A stretch of 58,937 bases of DNA from Trichomonas gallinae (Eukaryota), in NCBI GenBank assembly GCA_008369845.1, contig MRSU01000696.1, positions 1-58,937 of the forward strand, in the 5' to 3' direction. Position 1 is the stretch's first letter; each line of letters opens with the position of its first letter. A program made the translations under genes and the position numbers. The notes below the pieces were generated by a model that was given only the letters and a program-made list of their open reading frames with translations, did not search any database and had not been told where the DNA came from. Of this stretch, positions 21,321 to 32,186 are shown in pieces.

Positions 21321-21515
21321 AACTTAATATCGACAATGGAATCAATGATCTCTTGATAATAGCCGAACTTGCTCATCATACATTCATATAACTCTGATGA
21401 CATATGAGAAAAATTTAAACAGTTAATCTTGATTGTTGATGATAGAACTTTCGTTCGTTTTCCTATTATTTAAAAGAAAGATGGATGTTATTCATATGTT
21501 ATAATAATAATGTGT

Positions 21516-22652
21516 TTAAATACCTAGAGTCAACCTCACTTGTTCTAAATTTTTCTCAAAAAGAATATACATCTGGAGAACTTCATCAAATGAGGCTCCT
21601 CTAAGATCCATGAGATTTCTAACTTCATCATCATTAAGGGAATTAAGTGAATCCTGTAATTCTGGGCTGACTCTTGGCCTTCTGAGAACTGGAGGCGGTG
21701 GAGGCTCGTCTACAATTTGAGCTTCGCGCTTAGCCGCGAGTATCCTGTCTAATCTTCGTCTTTCGCGATCTAAGTCTCGTTGAATAGATTCTTGGCGATT
21801 CTGGTGTTTTCTATCGATTTCGCGGAGATCTCTTTGTAATTTTGTTTTATGTAATTCAGAATCTTCTTCATCATAATCAGCAGTTAATCTTGCGCGTGCT
21901 TCCTCGTAATTCTGATTATCTTCTTCAATCGAATTTTCAAGTCTTCTAATTTTTTCTCGGGCGCTGCGCTCATTGGCAGGCGAATACGTGGAGTCCTCTG
22001 TCATGAAGCTCTCCTCGTTGAAGTGCCGTGCATAAGGTGTATTTGGTTTTGGAATATCTTCGCGTTTAATCATCATTTGGATTTTATTTAGAGATTCATC
22101 ATCTAACAGTAGTCTGAAAAACAATGGAATTTGTATGGTGTTTTCGTTTCCAGGAAGTAATAATTCAATTGCTTGCTCTGGGTTGTAATTGCGCCTACGG
22201 AGGGCTTTAATAACATCTTCTTTTGCAAATCCTGCCGATGTAAGCTTTGAAACTAATTCGGCCATATTAGGTGGATCATTTCTTGAGCGTTTCTTTTCGT
22301 GTGCTATCACATTTTCGTATGTATTGTATACATCAGGTTTTGTTACGGTCGTATTTTTCATTGATTGGTCAATAGCAACTTTAAGATCTGATATTCCTGA
22401 AGGCACAACATTCTTTGGGCGTTGTGTAACAGCAGGGTTCTTCTTAAAAACGATAGGACAGTACATTTTTGCTAATTCTTCGCATGTATAGTTTGTAGAT
22501 ATTGTGTAATTATTGATAAAATACAAGAATCTCTGGTTTTCGACGTTCATTTGTTTGCAAAGTTTACTGGAAACTTCATCTGCATTGAATTGACCGCTTA
22601 GATCTAGGTTATAACTCTGCCCTTTAAGAGAAACAAAAATCAATTTTACCAT
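21516..22652 (-). CDS. UBL-UBA (Rad23-like architecture) protein
   Basis: N-terminal ubiquitin-like MVKLIFVSLKGQSYNLDL, central UBA (LTSAGFAKEDVIKALRRRNYNPEQAIELLL), and C-terminal UBA2-like ASFDEVLQMYILFEKN. First ATG at 22652. Confidence 0.82.
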   Translation of the reverse strand: MVKLIFVSLKGQSYNLDLSGQFNADEVSSKLCKQMNVENQRFLYFINNYTISTNYTCEELAKMYCPIVFKKNPAVTQRPKNVVPSGISDLKVAIDQSMKNTTVTKPDVYNTYENVIAHEKKRSRNDPPNMAELVSKLTSAGFAKEDVIKALRRRNYNPEQAIELLLPGNENTIQIPLFFRLLLDDESLNKIQMMIKREDIPKPNTPYARHFNEESFMTEDSTYSPANERSAREKIRRLENSIEEDNQNYEEARARLTADYDEEDSELHKTKLQRDLREIDRKHQNRQESIQRDLDRERRRLDRILAAKREAQIVDEPPPPPVLRRPRVSPELQDSLNSLNDDEVRNLMDLRGASFDEVLQMYILFEKNLEQVRLTLGI

Positions 22653-22902
22653 TATTTTTGTCACTTTTTGAAAAATACACGTTAAAATTTTTCTTTATTT
22701 TTTAGATAAACAACAAATATACATGGTAAAAATCATAAATTTCTAAAGTCGTAACAAAATTTTTTTTGGAATAAATTTTCCAGTGGATATGACCGGAGAA
22801 TCAATAATTATTGGGAATAAAACAAACGAAGCTAGCGATTATTCGATAATTTGATAAAATAATATTATAAGTCTGGAAGAAATCATTATTAAGGTAATAG
22901 TA

Positions 22903-23433
22903 TTAGTCACTGCTTTCATCCATAACACCTGGGTAGTTTCTAATCAAGTTTTCTAAATCCATTAATTTTTCACGAAGATGAGCCTTTTTCATTTCGTAGT
23001 CAGTATTCATGTCGAGCAGGATTTCAATTTCTGCGCGTAATTGTTCATTCTCTTCGATATATTCTTGACGTCTTTTTTCAGTCATTTCAACGCAAGCTGC
23101 TTCATAATCTGTTCCAAGGTTGAACCAAAATCCATCAACCCATCTATAATGCAAATCATTTAGGTTTAATTCGAATGGTGTTAATGCTTCAGGCGTAAAA
23201 TTGAAATAAAAGTTTTGAGGTTTCCTTTTTCCGAAGTTTCTTTCTAAGAATGTTGGTTTTGTCCATCTTGCAATAGGAATTGGATTGTTTCCGTAATCAG
23301 GAACATTAGGAAGAGGAAATAGATCATCTCTCTGCGCAGACATGTCTGTTAATGATGAAATGGAGGTAAGAGGAGTCTTTGATGATGATTTGTTCGATGA
23401 TTCATCAACATCTGATGATGAGATAGAATCCAT
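22903..23433 (-). CDS. Chibby-family basal body protein-like
   Basis: ELNLNDLHYRWVDGFW and EENEQLRAEIEILLDMNTD resemble the Chibby motifs LxFENGQW and EENNLLRLKVDILLDM. First ATG at 23433. Confidence 0.7.
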   Translation of the reverse strand: MDSISSSDVDESSNKSSSKTPLTSISSLTDMSAQRDDLFPLPNVPDYGNNPIPIARWTKPTFLERNFGKRKPQNFYFNFTPEALTPFELNLNDLHYRWVDGFWFNLGTDYEAACVEMTEKRRQEYIEENEQLRAEIEILLDMNTDYEMKKAHLREKLMDLENLIRNYPGVMDESSD

Positions 23434-23883
23434 AAACGTAAATGTCACTTTTTAGCAAAAAAATCTCTGCCATTACGTCAGATTTGATTTATATTCCTGA
23501 CACGTAAACTCAATAAAAAGAAGGGGTTGTCACTACAAAATAAACCTTTTTTATTTGTTTCGCTTTGGTCAACTGTAATGTTATATTCATACATAAATAT
23601 ATAAAATTTAAACAAGGCTGTCATTAACTAAGAGCATATGTCATCACTGTCATTTTTGTCGTATCACGAAATCGACAAAATCGCAATGGATTTTAATTCA
23701 GATTGTTATTTATTACATGTCAAAATATTTATATTTTTGACAAATAAAGTGTCATTTCGCGATACACTGGTCCATTGAGATAAGACCTTTGCTATACTTG
23801 ATTTCGCTGCTTTCGAGAAAATTATTCAAATTATGAAATAATATATATATATGGATTTTTACAAAACTCTATTATAAATTAAA

Positions 23884-25947
23884 TTACTGTTCGGATTCAA
23901 CAGAATAGAACAAAACATATGCACCATAGGATTCTGCAGGGAATCCTTGAGAAACAGAAACTTTTGAATCATTGAAATTAAAAACAAACTGCCCACGCTT
24001 GCATAGAGCGGTATAGTGGCCAGCACCAGTTCCTCCACTATGATTAGCAACACTTCTGAGATAAAATTTTCTTCCAGCAATTTCTATTGTCTGAGGAAGT
24101 TCTACAGATGTTGCATCGCGATCAACTGACCTTCTTCCAATTGCAAACCTCTTTAACTGTATTAATAAAACGCTTGGCGAGCTGATGATCTTTGCTGTTC
24201 TAATCGCTCTCGTTGATTCGCCGCAGTGCGGACATTTCCACGTGTTATTCTGATCAAGCCTCGATGGAGCTAAAAACGTTGTCACAAGATCGGAGAGAGA
24301 AGCCGTTGTCATTGAGAATGCAGTTCTTATGTCCAGGAAGCCTTTTTCTGGAAGGGTGAAAGATGACTTCACTTCAACAATAATTTCTTCGCTGCACAAA
24401 ATTCCATCAGATGGTTTCTTGAACCTTTCATAGCCAACAGTGATTCTCCAGTTCTGCGATGCAGACTGTTGATGCTCCTTTGCCCACAAGCTGTTGATCC
24501 TTGAGCCAACAATGCCCGTTAATCTTGTAGGAACAATTTTCTCACCTAGAGGAACTTCAACGAGTATCGGCGATGTCAAGAAATGCCCGCCATCACTACT
24601 CCTCACTCTAACAATCGCAAGTGCTTTATTGGATTTCATCGAGGCCGGCTGGTCCATAGCATAAATCTCATCAAAATTAAGTGCTGGCCACTCAACTGTC
24701 CTGTAAACGCCTTTATCGTCCGCGATTAAAATGCACTTTTGCGGCGGCTGGAACATTTTTGTCATTGGCGCATCCATTGCCCAAGGTACGAAGCTGACTC
24801 TTCTCGCAGAAGCAACTGGGAGGCTGAGAGAAGTGAATGCCTCGTTCGATTCTGTGATCTTCTTGCAGTTGTCGCATGTTGTTTGGAAAATCATTCTGCC
24901 GAAAAACAACGAAGCAACTTCTGGAACTTCGCTCTGCAGTTTCTCTATTATAGCTGTTGTGAACTCGTGAGCATCCTGCTGGTCAAATCCTTTGGTAAAT
25001 GGTATGCATTCCCCAATAAGAGATTTGAAGTTCGTCGGATCGAATGATGAGTTTTGCCTCTCTAAAATTGTCTTGAGAACATAATTAAGCGCATGAGTGA
25101 CTTTGTGCTGCGGACTGTCTAGCGCTTGCAGGGCTGGTACGAATTGTGGTATAGATGCCATGCATTGTATTGATGCGTTCATATAGCATGTGTTTCCTAA
25201 GTTTAACATGCCGCAAGGTTTAAATTTCGGTTTTTCGACGCCAGGCGGGTTTTCATCGTTGACATCTTCTCCATTTTCTTGTTCTGTAGTGTTTTTATCG
25301 GCTTGTTGTTCTGTAGTTGTTTTTTCCGGCTGAGTTTTTTCTTGACTTTGTTTTTCTGGTACATATGTTTGGTAAAGGGTTTTAATTCCTTTGATTTTCT
25401 CTGGAGTTTCGTTCTTTTTCCTTTCGACAGGGCGAACATCGACTTTATAGTTAGATTTCAAAACATCTTGAATTGTTCCTTCGAAAGGGAGCGGATCTTT
25501 CGATGAAGATGTAAATAAATCGAATGGTTGATCTTGTGGTATCATGAATTCCATGACAACTCTAAGAATAAGAGTCGACATGTCTGCATTTCGACTTATA
25601 ATCATTCCACGCGACTGATTTTTATATGTGACTGTAATATTAAGCGGATAAAGTTCAGGGTGCCCATTTTCGAGAACTTTAACTCTTGCTTCGCGTTTAG
25701 TTTCGAATTCCATCTGAAGTTCGTCCCAAAGATCTTGATTTACAGCAATATAGTCAACTCCTTCTTTGAGATTCGGTTTAAATGTTTCCTTTTTGAAAAG
25801 AGACGAGTTATCAATAAGTGTAACTGGAAAATTTTTCTTCGCTGCTTGTTCCATCTCGTTCATGAAGGACATTGAAATGAGATAAGCTGGCTCTCCCGGT
25901 TTAAATCTAATCTTTTTGATCGCATTTCGAAGATCAGCATATTTCAT
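23884..25947 (-). CDS. Ubiquitin carboxyl-terminal hydrolase, family C19 (DUSP-containing, USP4/11/15-like)
   Basis: Cys box GMLNLGNTCYMNA, QQDAHEF, WKCPHC, LLIQLKRF, His box NHSGGTGAGHYTA, FNDSKV. N-terminal DUSP-like YLIS...IDNSSL...LKEGVDYI. Confidence 0.95.
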   Translation of the reverse strand: MKYADLRNAIKKIRFKPGEPAYLISMSFMNEMEQAAKKNFPVTLIDNSSLFKKETFKPNLKEGVDYIAVNQDLWDELQMEFETKREARVKVLENGHPELYPLNITVTYKNQSRGMIISRNADMSTLILRVVMEFMIPQDQPFDLFTSSSKDPLPFEGTIQDVLKSNYKVDVRPVERKKNETPEKIKGIKTLYQTYVPEKQSQEKTQPEKTTTEQQADKNTTEQENGEDVNDENPPGVEKPKFKPCGMLNLGNTCYMNASIQCMASIPQFVPALQALDSPQHKVTHALNYVLKTILERQNSSFDPTNFKSLIGECIPFTKGFDQQDAHEFTTAIIEKLQSEVPEVASLFFGRMIFQTTCDNCKKITESNEAFTSLSLPVASARRVSFVPWAMDAPMTKMFQPPQKCILIADDKGVYRTVEWPALNFDEIYAMDQPASMKSNKALAIVRVRSSDGGHFLTSPILVEVPLGEKIVPTRLTGIVGSRINSLWAKEHQQSASQNWRITVGYERFKKPSDGILCSEEIIVEVKSSFTLPEKGFLDIRTAFSMTTASLSDLVTTFLAPSRLDQNNTWKCPHCGESTRAIRTAKIISSPSVLLIQLKRFAIGRRSVDRDATSVELPQTIEIAGRKFYLRSVANHSGGTGAGHYTALCKRGQFVFNFNDSKVSVSQGFPAESYGAYVLFYSVESEQ

Positions 25948-26516
25948 TTCTTTCTAAAATGTGACAAAATATTGATGAAAAAATTTTTAAAATTTTCGAC
26001 ATTTACAAAACTTTACTTGTCAGTTATTTCTTTACACGTCAAATCTTTATTATTATTGTCAATTTATTTGTCAAAATTATCGATTTTTGCCGTTTTAAAC
26101 TTTACAAAATTATATTTGTCATTTACTATTCAATTTTTATAATTTTTGCCAATTTACAATTTTTTTGGTCATTTTAATATTTATTTGTCAAAATTTTATG
26201 CATCAAATTTCTCGAAATTATAAAATTGCAATGCAGTGCTCACTTAAAATATCTTATTCCTGTACGCCTGTAGAAGATATAAATATAACATTTCGACCTC
26301 AAGTGTTCTCAGAAAAATAAGTTCTTCCTTTTTGCAAATGTGCATAATTTTATTTGTCAAATCTTGATTAATTTTTGACAATTTACAAAAATTCATTTGT
26401 CATTTTTCATTTACAAAAAAAAAAAAAAAAAAAAAGATTTGTCAAAATTATTATGTATAGATTTTCTCAAAGACAAGCATTAAATGCGATGTTCAAAAAT
26501 TACAATATTTATTAGT

Positions 26517-27863
26517 TTAAGCAAGTTCTTCGATTGCTGTAATAACTTCTAACATCTTAAACTCCTTTTCAAAGTTTGATCCAGGGGGCATCTTATCCTG
26601 TAACTCTTTCCTCTTCTCCTGGCCATATTCTTTAATCCATTTATAAGCAGTTTCATAATTTGTTCCGAGTCCAGCTTTTACTGCTGCAACTAATGCATTT
26701 CTTCTTTCGTCAATCTTTCCTGTGAGTTTGCCGACATCGCAAACTGTCTGCTTCGGGAATCCTTTCATCGAAATCGAAGATCTGATAACACCAAGAAGCC
26801 AGTTTGAATCCTTCTCTAAGTGCCTCTGGCTCTGTCTAACGAGATCATTGCATAAGTCCTGGTCATTTCTGTTCAACCAAGCTGGCATCTCCTTCTGATC
26901 GATTTCATCGTCATCAGTTGTCTCCAATCTCGATGCTGATGCTGAGTTTTGGCGAGAAGATCCCTTAATCGAAGCAGCAGAGTTCTTCGACGCTGGGCCA
27001 GGAATCTGAGATTTGCGGCTTCCTGATTGATTTGAATTATTGCATTTCTTTGAAAGCTCTGTTTGAAGCTCATTCAGACCGTGGCCGATAATATTGGATG
27101 AAAGGATGTCCTTGCATGTAGGACGATTCTGTGGATCTTGCTGGAGCATCGACATAAGTAATTGAATCAATTCTGGAGAGTATCCTGATGGCATTGTGCT
27201 CATGTTTCCGGCTTTAATGTTCGAGAACAGCTCTTCGCGTGATTTTCCTGTGAATGCGTGCTTGTGTGTTAACAATTCAAACAAAACACAGCCAGCAGCC
27301 CAAATATCTGCTGGAAAACTGTATGGATCACCACGGAGGAGCTCAGGACACATGAAATATGGAGTTCCTATCATAGTTTGTGCAAATGAATCTTCAGTAA
27401 CTTCACGAGAAATGCCAAAATCTCCTAATTTGACAAGTCCACGCTTAAATAAGAAGACATTCGCTGTTTTTATATCTCTGTGTAAGATATTTTGAGAATG
27501 GATATAATCAAGTCCTAAGATAATCTGTGTAAATATCTGTAAAACTTTCTTTTCTTTGATTTCTTCGTGCGATTCAAGGTATTTTTGCAAGTCTTTTCCA
27601 TCAGCATATTCAAGAACGATGCTAAAATCTCCAGTTGGCGTGTAAAAAGAGTCAATATATGCGATAATGTTTGGATGCCTTAACAGATTTAATAATGTGG
27701 CTTCCTTTTGTGCAGTTTTTCGTGTGTTATCATCAGAGCCCTTGATTTTGATGGTTTTAACAACAACATAATCTCCAGTCTGGTTGTCTTTCATCAGATA
27801 GACCTTTCCATACGAACCCTTGCCTATCTGCTGGATTCTTTTATATCTACTCATTGGATCCAT
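26517..27863 (-). CDS. NEK (NIMA-related) Ser/Thr protein kinase
   Basis: IGKGSYGKV, EYADGKDL, HRDIKTANVFL, KLGDFGIS, IGTPYFMCPE, DIWAAGC. Confidence 0.93.
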   Translation of the reverse strand: MDPMSRYKRIQQIGKGSYGKVYLMKDNQTGDYVVVKTIKIKGSDDNTRKTAQKEATLLNLLRHPNIIAYIDSFYTPTGDFSIVLEYADGKDLQKYLESHEEIKEKKVLQIFTQIILGLDYIHSQNILHRDIKTANVFLFKRGLVKLGDFGISREVTEDSFAQTMIGTPYFMCPELLRGDPYSFPADIWAAGCVLFELLTHKHAFTGKSREELFSNIKAGNMSTMPSGYSPELIQLLMSMLQQDPQNRPTCKDILSSNIIGHGLNELQTELSKKCNNSNQSGSRKSQIPGPASKNSAASIKGSSRQNSASASRLETTDDDEIDQKEMPAWLNRNDQDLCNDLVRQSQRHLEKDSNWLLGVIRSSISMKGFPKQTVCDVGKLTGKIDERRNALVAAVKAGLGTNYETAYKWIKEYGQEKRKELQDKMPPGSNFEKEFKMLEVITAIEELA

Positions 27864-28452
27864 TTTTGTTATTTAAATTATGCAGGGGATTCAACTCTCC
27901 CCCTTCATAAAATGAAAAACGAATCATAATCTTTCCAAATCCTTCAAAACACATAAAACAGCACATACTTGTCGAATATATGTCATTTTTAACAAAATAT
28001 CGCAAAAATATCACATTTTTCAATTTTGATTTTGGTTTCTACTTCCTTTTAATCATAGATGATTTGCTTTCTGCAACTTAGTGCGAATCCCATTGATTTA
28101 ACAACGTTCCTTTCTTTAAAATAAATTTTGATTCAATTTTGCATCTTTCTAATACAATATGATAAAATAGGTAGTATTCCTCAATATATTAACACAAACA
28201 CACACATAACTGTCGAATATGCATGATATATATTTCCTGCATCAAAATGATTTATCTATTAATGAAGGGCACACTAAAACTATACTTTCATGATTAAAAT
28301 AAAAAGATATAGATTAAATTTTGATATAATTATATAATGTTGGTTGTTGCGAACTAGAAAAAAAAAAGTCTATCGAATAAGTTTTGCAAAGATGAAATTA
28401 CATTTAAATTAAAAGCGTATTTATAAGTTAAAAACATAATTTAAGAATTACA

Positions 28453-31400
28453 TTAGTATTCAAAAGTTTCGAATGGATTTGAGCGATGCTCTTTCGAATG
28501 GTCCTGGTCGTTCATATTCTCTAAGCTGTACGGGTTCTGGTTGTGATGAGCATCGTAGTTCTCTTGAACGATGCTTGACGGCGGTGGCGCTTGTGGACCA
28601 ACAACATCATCCATGTCGTTGATGTGCAGCGAATCCTGCAATGAGCGCTGTATTGCAAGATTTAGCTCGTCTTCGCTGTTCATTTCGATCACGCGGTCTT
28701 CTTCTATAGCAATTTCATGTGGGAAGTCTCCATCGCTTGGAGTGTGGTCTTCGTTCGGGTTCTGTGAAGAGAACATGAGCTTGACCTGAATGATGATGAA
28801 CGCGATTAAAGCGATGACGAAGGCGACGCAGAGGAAGATAATCATTCCGAGAATTCCTGGCGTTTTAGACTTTGTGATGCCTGCCTGTGGATCTGCTTTG
28901 ATGCTCTTGATGATGAACGGAGTGGACGTGTGCACGAATGTCGTAGCAAGCTTCGCGTTGTATTTCGTTGAGTTTAATGAGTGTTTGACCTTGAAATACT
29001 CAAAATACGAATTATCGGCGGTGTGGAGGGCGAAGAATATGTTTCTGAACTGCTGAGCGAAGTATGAGCTCGAGGAGTTAATAATCTGCGAGTTTTCTGT
29101 GTATGCGTCGATGTTGTCTCTGATATATAAAGCAGACATATAATCTGTTGGCGTTGGCTCAGGATAAGAGAACCAGTAACATGAAACTATCTCATTGGAG
29201 CCAGATTTGATTGTGAAATTCGAAGAATCTGATTGTTTTGCCGTTATTTCGAATGTTGAATATGGAATATTCGAGATTCCGAACCTGTCGCAGTGCATGC
29301 TCATTAATTCAGTGATCATTGATGATATATGCAGAATAGTATTGGCAGATGCTGGCTCAAATTCTATAATTCCACCTGACGGGAAATAGGCGCCATATTG
29401 GTCGTCTTTATACGAAATATTTCCTATTAATTCATGATCTAGTGTGAATGCTTGACCGTGGAACTCGTCATCATGTATAACAATTGCAGATTTCTGTCCT
29501 GGAATTGTAAAAACGGATTTCAGTCCGTTTGTGTATATGGCTAAGTTCCATGTATTCGCTATATTGAATACAATCTGGTTTTGAGTGTATTGCACAGGTT
29601 TTGTCTGCATCGAATAATCTGCGTTATTATATAATGATGTTAATGGGCTGGCTGGGTATTTGCCATCATTTACAAAAGCAACGGTGTAGTTATCTGCCAT
29701 ATACTTCTTGTCGAAAACTAGATATAAAAACATTGATCTGCAAGTAACTGTTTTGTGGAAGTCTCTCACGTAGAATGAGTCGAATGAAGTGTTTGTATCA
29801 GTGAAAACACCACCAAGATCTCCACCAAACGTGGATGTGCAAGTTATATCGATTGTTTGAGGATGATCAGAAATAAACCAGTAAGAGAACGTAGTTCCAT
29901 AAAGACCAGTGATATTACCATCTGGAGAAACGCTTGGATTTCGAATTGTAAAACGTTTTGGCTCATTTGTAATCAATTTATACGGCGTATCACATTCAGC
30001 GGCCGAAACAACGATAATTCCTGTCTTTGGAGCATAATGTAGGCTAAAGAAGACAGATCCAGTCGAATTTCCAAAATCTATAAATTGTTCGAATTGAATC
30101 CTTGAGTTATTCTCAGCAACTGCGTAGTGTATCGATGATGTGTGGTCATGGAAGAAGACTGTATAGTTAGGTTTGGTTATTTCAAGCTTAATTGTTTCAC
30201 CGAGATTTAATTCTATTGCTGCATAATAAAACTTATCGATTGTAATGACTGAGTTTTTAGAAATTATTTGGTTGTTTCCAGATTTTGGTAAAGTGTAGCT
30301 GAATGATGGATAAAACTGGCAATAAAATTGAATTTTATCCGAATTTGCTCCTGTTGTTGCCATCACAAAGTGGATTTGTTTGTCTATGTTTGTTACAAGA
30401 ATTAGACATGATTTAACATTGTTTAAATCAACAGAATTTTGAGAAATTTGAGTTTCTAAATTCGGTTGATAAACTGTGTATTTTGCTTGGTTCATTGATT
30501 GTATTCTAATTTCTGACATCGTTGGATAGAAAATACAGATCGAATTCGTATTAACTGCCTGATTTATTGGTTCTAATTTCGAATTTACTATAACAAGCTC
30601 GCATTGACCGTCGAGAACGAATGCTGTATACTTAATCGATGTTAATTTGATGTTTATTATGATAATTTTGTAATTTGATTTGTAGCCAGTTTCAAATGTT
30701 GGATTTTCGGAGGTTATTTTTGCAACCTGGCTTCCTGTCTCATTATATACTAATATATCCATGTCTATTTCATGGAAATGTATTATCATTGACTTTTGAA
30801 GAGAAAAAATTACTCGATTTGTTGTTGAAATAGTAAAGGTTTCGCTTATTGATGATGTAATTTCGCGAATTATTTCTCCATTTCGGATGAAAATGCTCTG
30901 AATTGGAAAATAAGATGAATAATATTGAATATAAGTTTGCGGCGATGTAATTTGATTAAATGAAATGGTTGTAGTGGTAACAATAGCATCATTTGATTTA
31001 ATAATGAATAAAGCTTGTTTATCCATTTGATTTTTTTCGTATTTTTCTGTTGATATTGTTAATGATTCAAGGTTTGGTGATGTCACCCACAGACATATAA
31101 CGTTGTTCTTCATAACGGCAATCGTATTATCTATCGAATTTCCAATTGTAATTTCTTTATCAACTTTATTTGTCGTGATATATTGTGTGCAATTTGCTGT
31201 AGATGGGAAATCATTGTAAATTATCGACGAAAAACTTATCGAATCAGTTCCTTCTGCTTTTTGAATAAAAATTGATCCGAGATTGTTACCGAAATTAACA
31301 ACTTCTGGTGAAAGATTTGATAAATACCCCAAGTACTGGCCAATGTTATCGTATACATAACCTTCGTAGGAAGTTTGCGTGTGGATTAATATCGAAGTAT

Positions 31401-31524
31401 TACGCTTGACAACAGATATTTCGATAATATCTGAGTCACCAAAGGATTGCGTATATACTCTGGATTCATCGCAGCGTACAACATTAGTTGCTGCCCGTAA
31501 AGTAAAAAAACTTAGTCTATTCAT
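28453..31524 (-). CDS. Large single-pass surface membrane protein with cytosolic UIM-like and NPF motifs
   Basis: ~890-aa S/T/N-rich, beta-strand-like ectodomain, TM ILGMIIFLCVAFVIALIAFIII, and a tail with EDELNLAIQRSLQD, NPY and NPF. First ATG at 31524. Confidence 0.8.
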   Translation of the reverse strand: MNRLSFFTLRAATNVVRCDESRVYTQSFGDSDIIEISVVKRNTSILIHTQTSYEGYVYDNIGQYLGYLSNLSPEVVNFGNNLGSIFIQKAEGTDSISFSSIIYNDFPSTANCTQYITTNKVDKEITIGNSIDNTIAVMKNNVICLWVTSPNLESLTISTEKYEKNQMDKQALFIIKSNDAIVTTTTISFNQITSPQTYIQYYSSYFPIQSIFIRNGEIIREITSSISETFTISTTNRVIFSLQKSMIIHFHEIDMDILVYNETGSQVAKITSENPTFETGYKSNYKIIIINIKLTSIKYTAFVLDGQCELVIVNSKLEPINQAVNTNSICIFYPTMSEIRIQSMNQAKYTVYQPNLETQISQNSVDLNNVKSCLILVTNIDKQIHFVMATTGANSDKIQFYCQFYPSFSYTLPKSGNNQIISKNSVITIDKFYYAAIELNLGETIKLEITKPNYTVFFHDHTSSIHYAVAENNSRIQFEQFIDFGNSTGSVFFSLHYAPKTGIIVVSAAECDTPYKLITNEPKRFTIRNPSVSPDGNITGLYGTTFSYWFISDHPQTIDITCTSTFGGDLGGVFTDTNTSFDSFYVRDFHKTVTCRSMFLYLVFDKKYMADNYTVAFVNDGKYPASPLTSLYNNADYSMQTKPVQYTQNQIVFNIANTWNLAIYTNGLKSVFTIPGQKSAIVIHDDEFHGQAFTLDHELIGNISYKDDQYGAYFPSGGIIEFEPASANTILHISSMITELMSMHCDRFGISNIPYSTFEITAKQSDSSNFTIKSGSNEIVSCYWFSYPEPTPTDYMSALYIRDNIDAYTENSQIINSSSSYFAQQFRNIFFALHTADNSYFEYFKVKHSLNSTKYNAKLATTFVHTSTPFIIKSIKADPQAGITKSKTPGILGMIIFLCVAFVIALIAFIIIQVKLMFSSQNPNEDHTPSDGDFPHEIAIEEDRVIEMNSEDELNLAIQRSLQDSLHINDMDDVVGPQAPPPSSIVQENYDAHHNQNPYSLENMNDQDHSKEHRSNPFETFEY

Positions 31525-32186
31525 GAAAAAAAAATATGATCGAAAATTTTTCGAAATTTTGTAAATTCTTGGATTTTTCACCGGCGGCCTTTTTAATACC
31601 TAAATGTTGATATTTTCGAATAAAATTTTTTTTTGTGAATTTTCATGCCTCAATTTCCTGATTACAGTCAATCTCTCATATCCTATAACTTCTCTATTTT
31701 CTTGTTAACTAGATTATGAGGTTGAAATGACGATATAACTGTTGAACAAGGAAATAAATTTTATTTTACTCTTATCTTTATTTGATTGACTTTAATCTTC
31801 TCCTTCTGGTCTTCATTTCGTATTCCAAATGGCATAATTATGTGGAATTTTATATTTTTGTTCAAAATATTGTTTAAATATGAATAATTTCGGTGTAATT
31901 CATCAGATTTCCATTTCAAAAAGCAGTTCATGCAGACCATTTACCTAATTTTCGATAATATTTTTCACTTTATTAAAAATCAAATTGTAGATCATTTTAA
32001 TGAGTACAACATATCATATAGCTGATGTTTTGCAAATCTAAATCATATAACTTCATTAAAAAACAACTTTTCAGATTCTTGATATTATTTTTTGATCTTA
32101 TAGTCATATCATTGATAGAATATAACATACATATGCTTGATATATAAAAAACACGTAATTTAGAACATAATAAAAAACATATAAAA

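Noticed and set aside
26415..26435. 21-nt poly(A) (and 20-nt poly(T) at 38604-38623) as retroposon tails
   Set aside because: No target-site duplication or adjacent element seen. Homopolymers are expected in AT-rich spacers.
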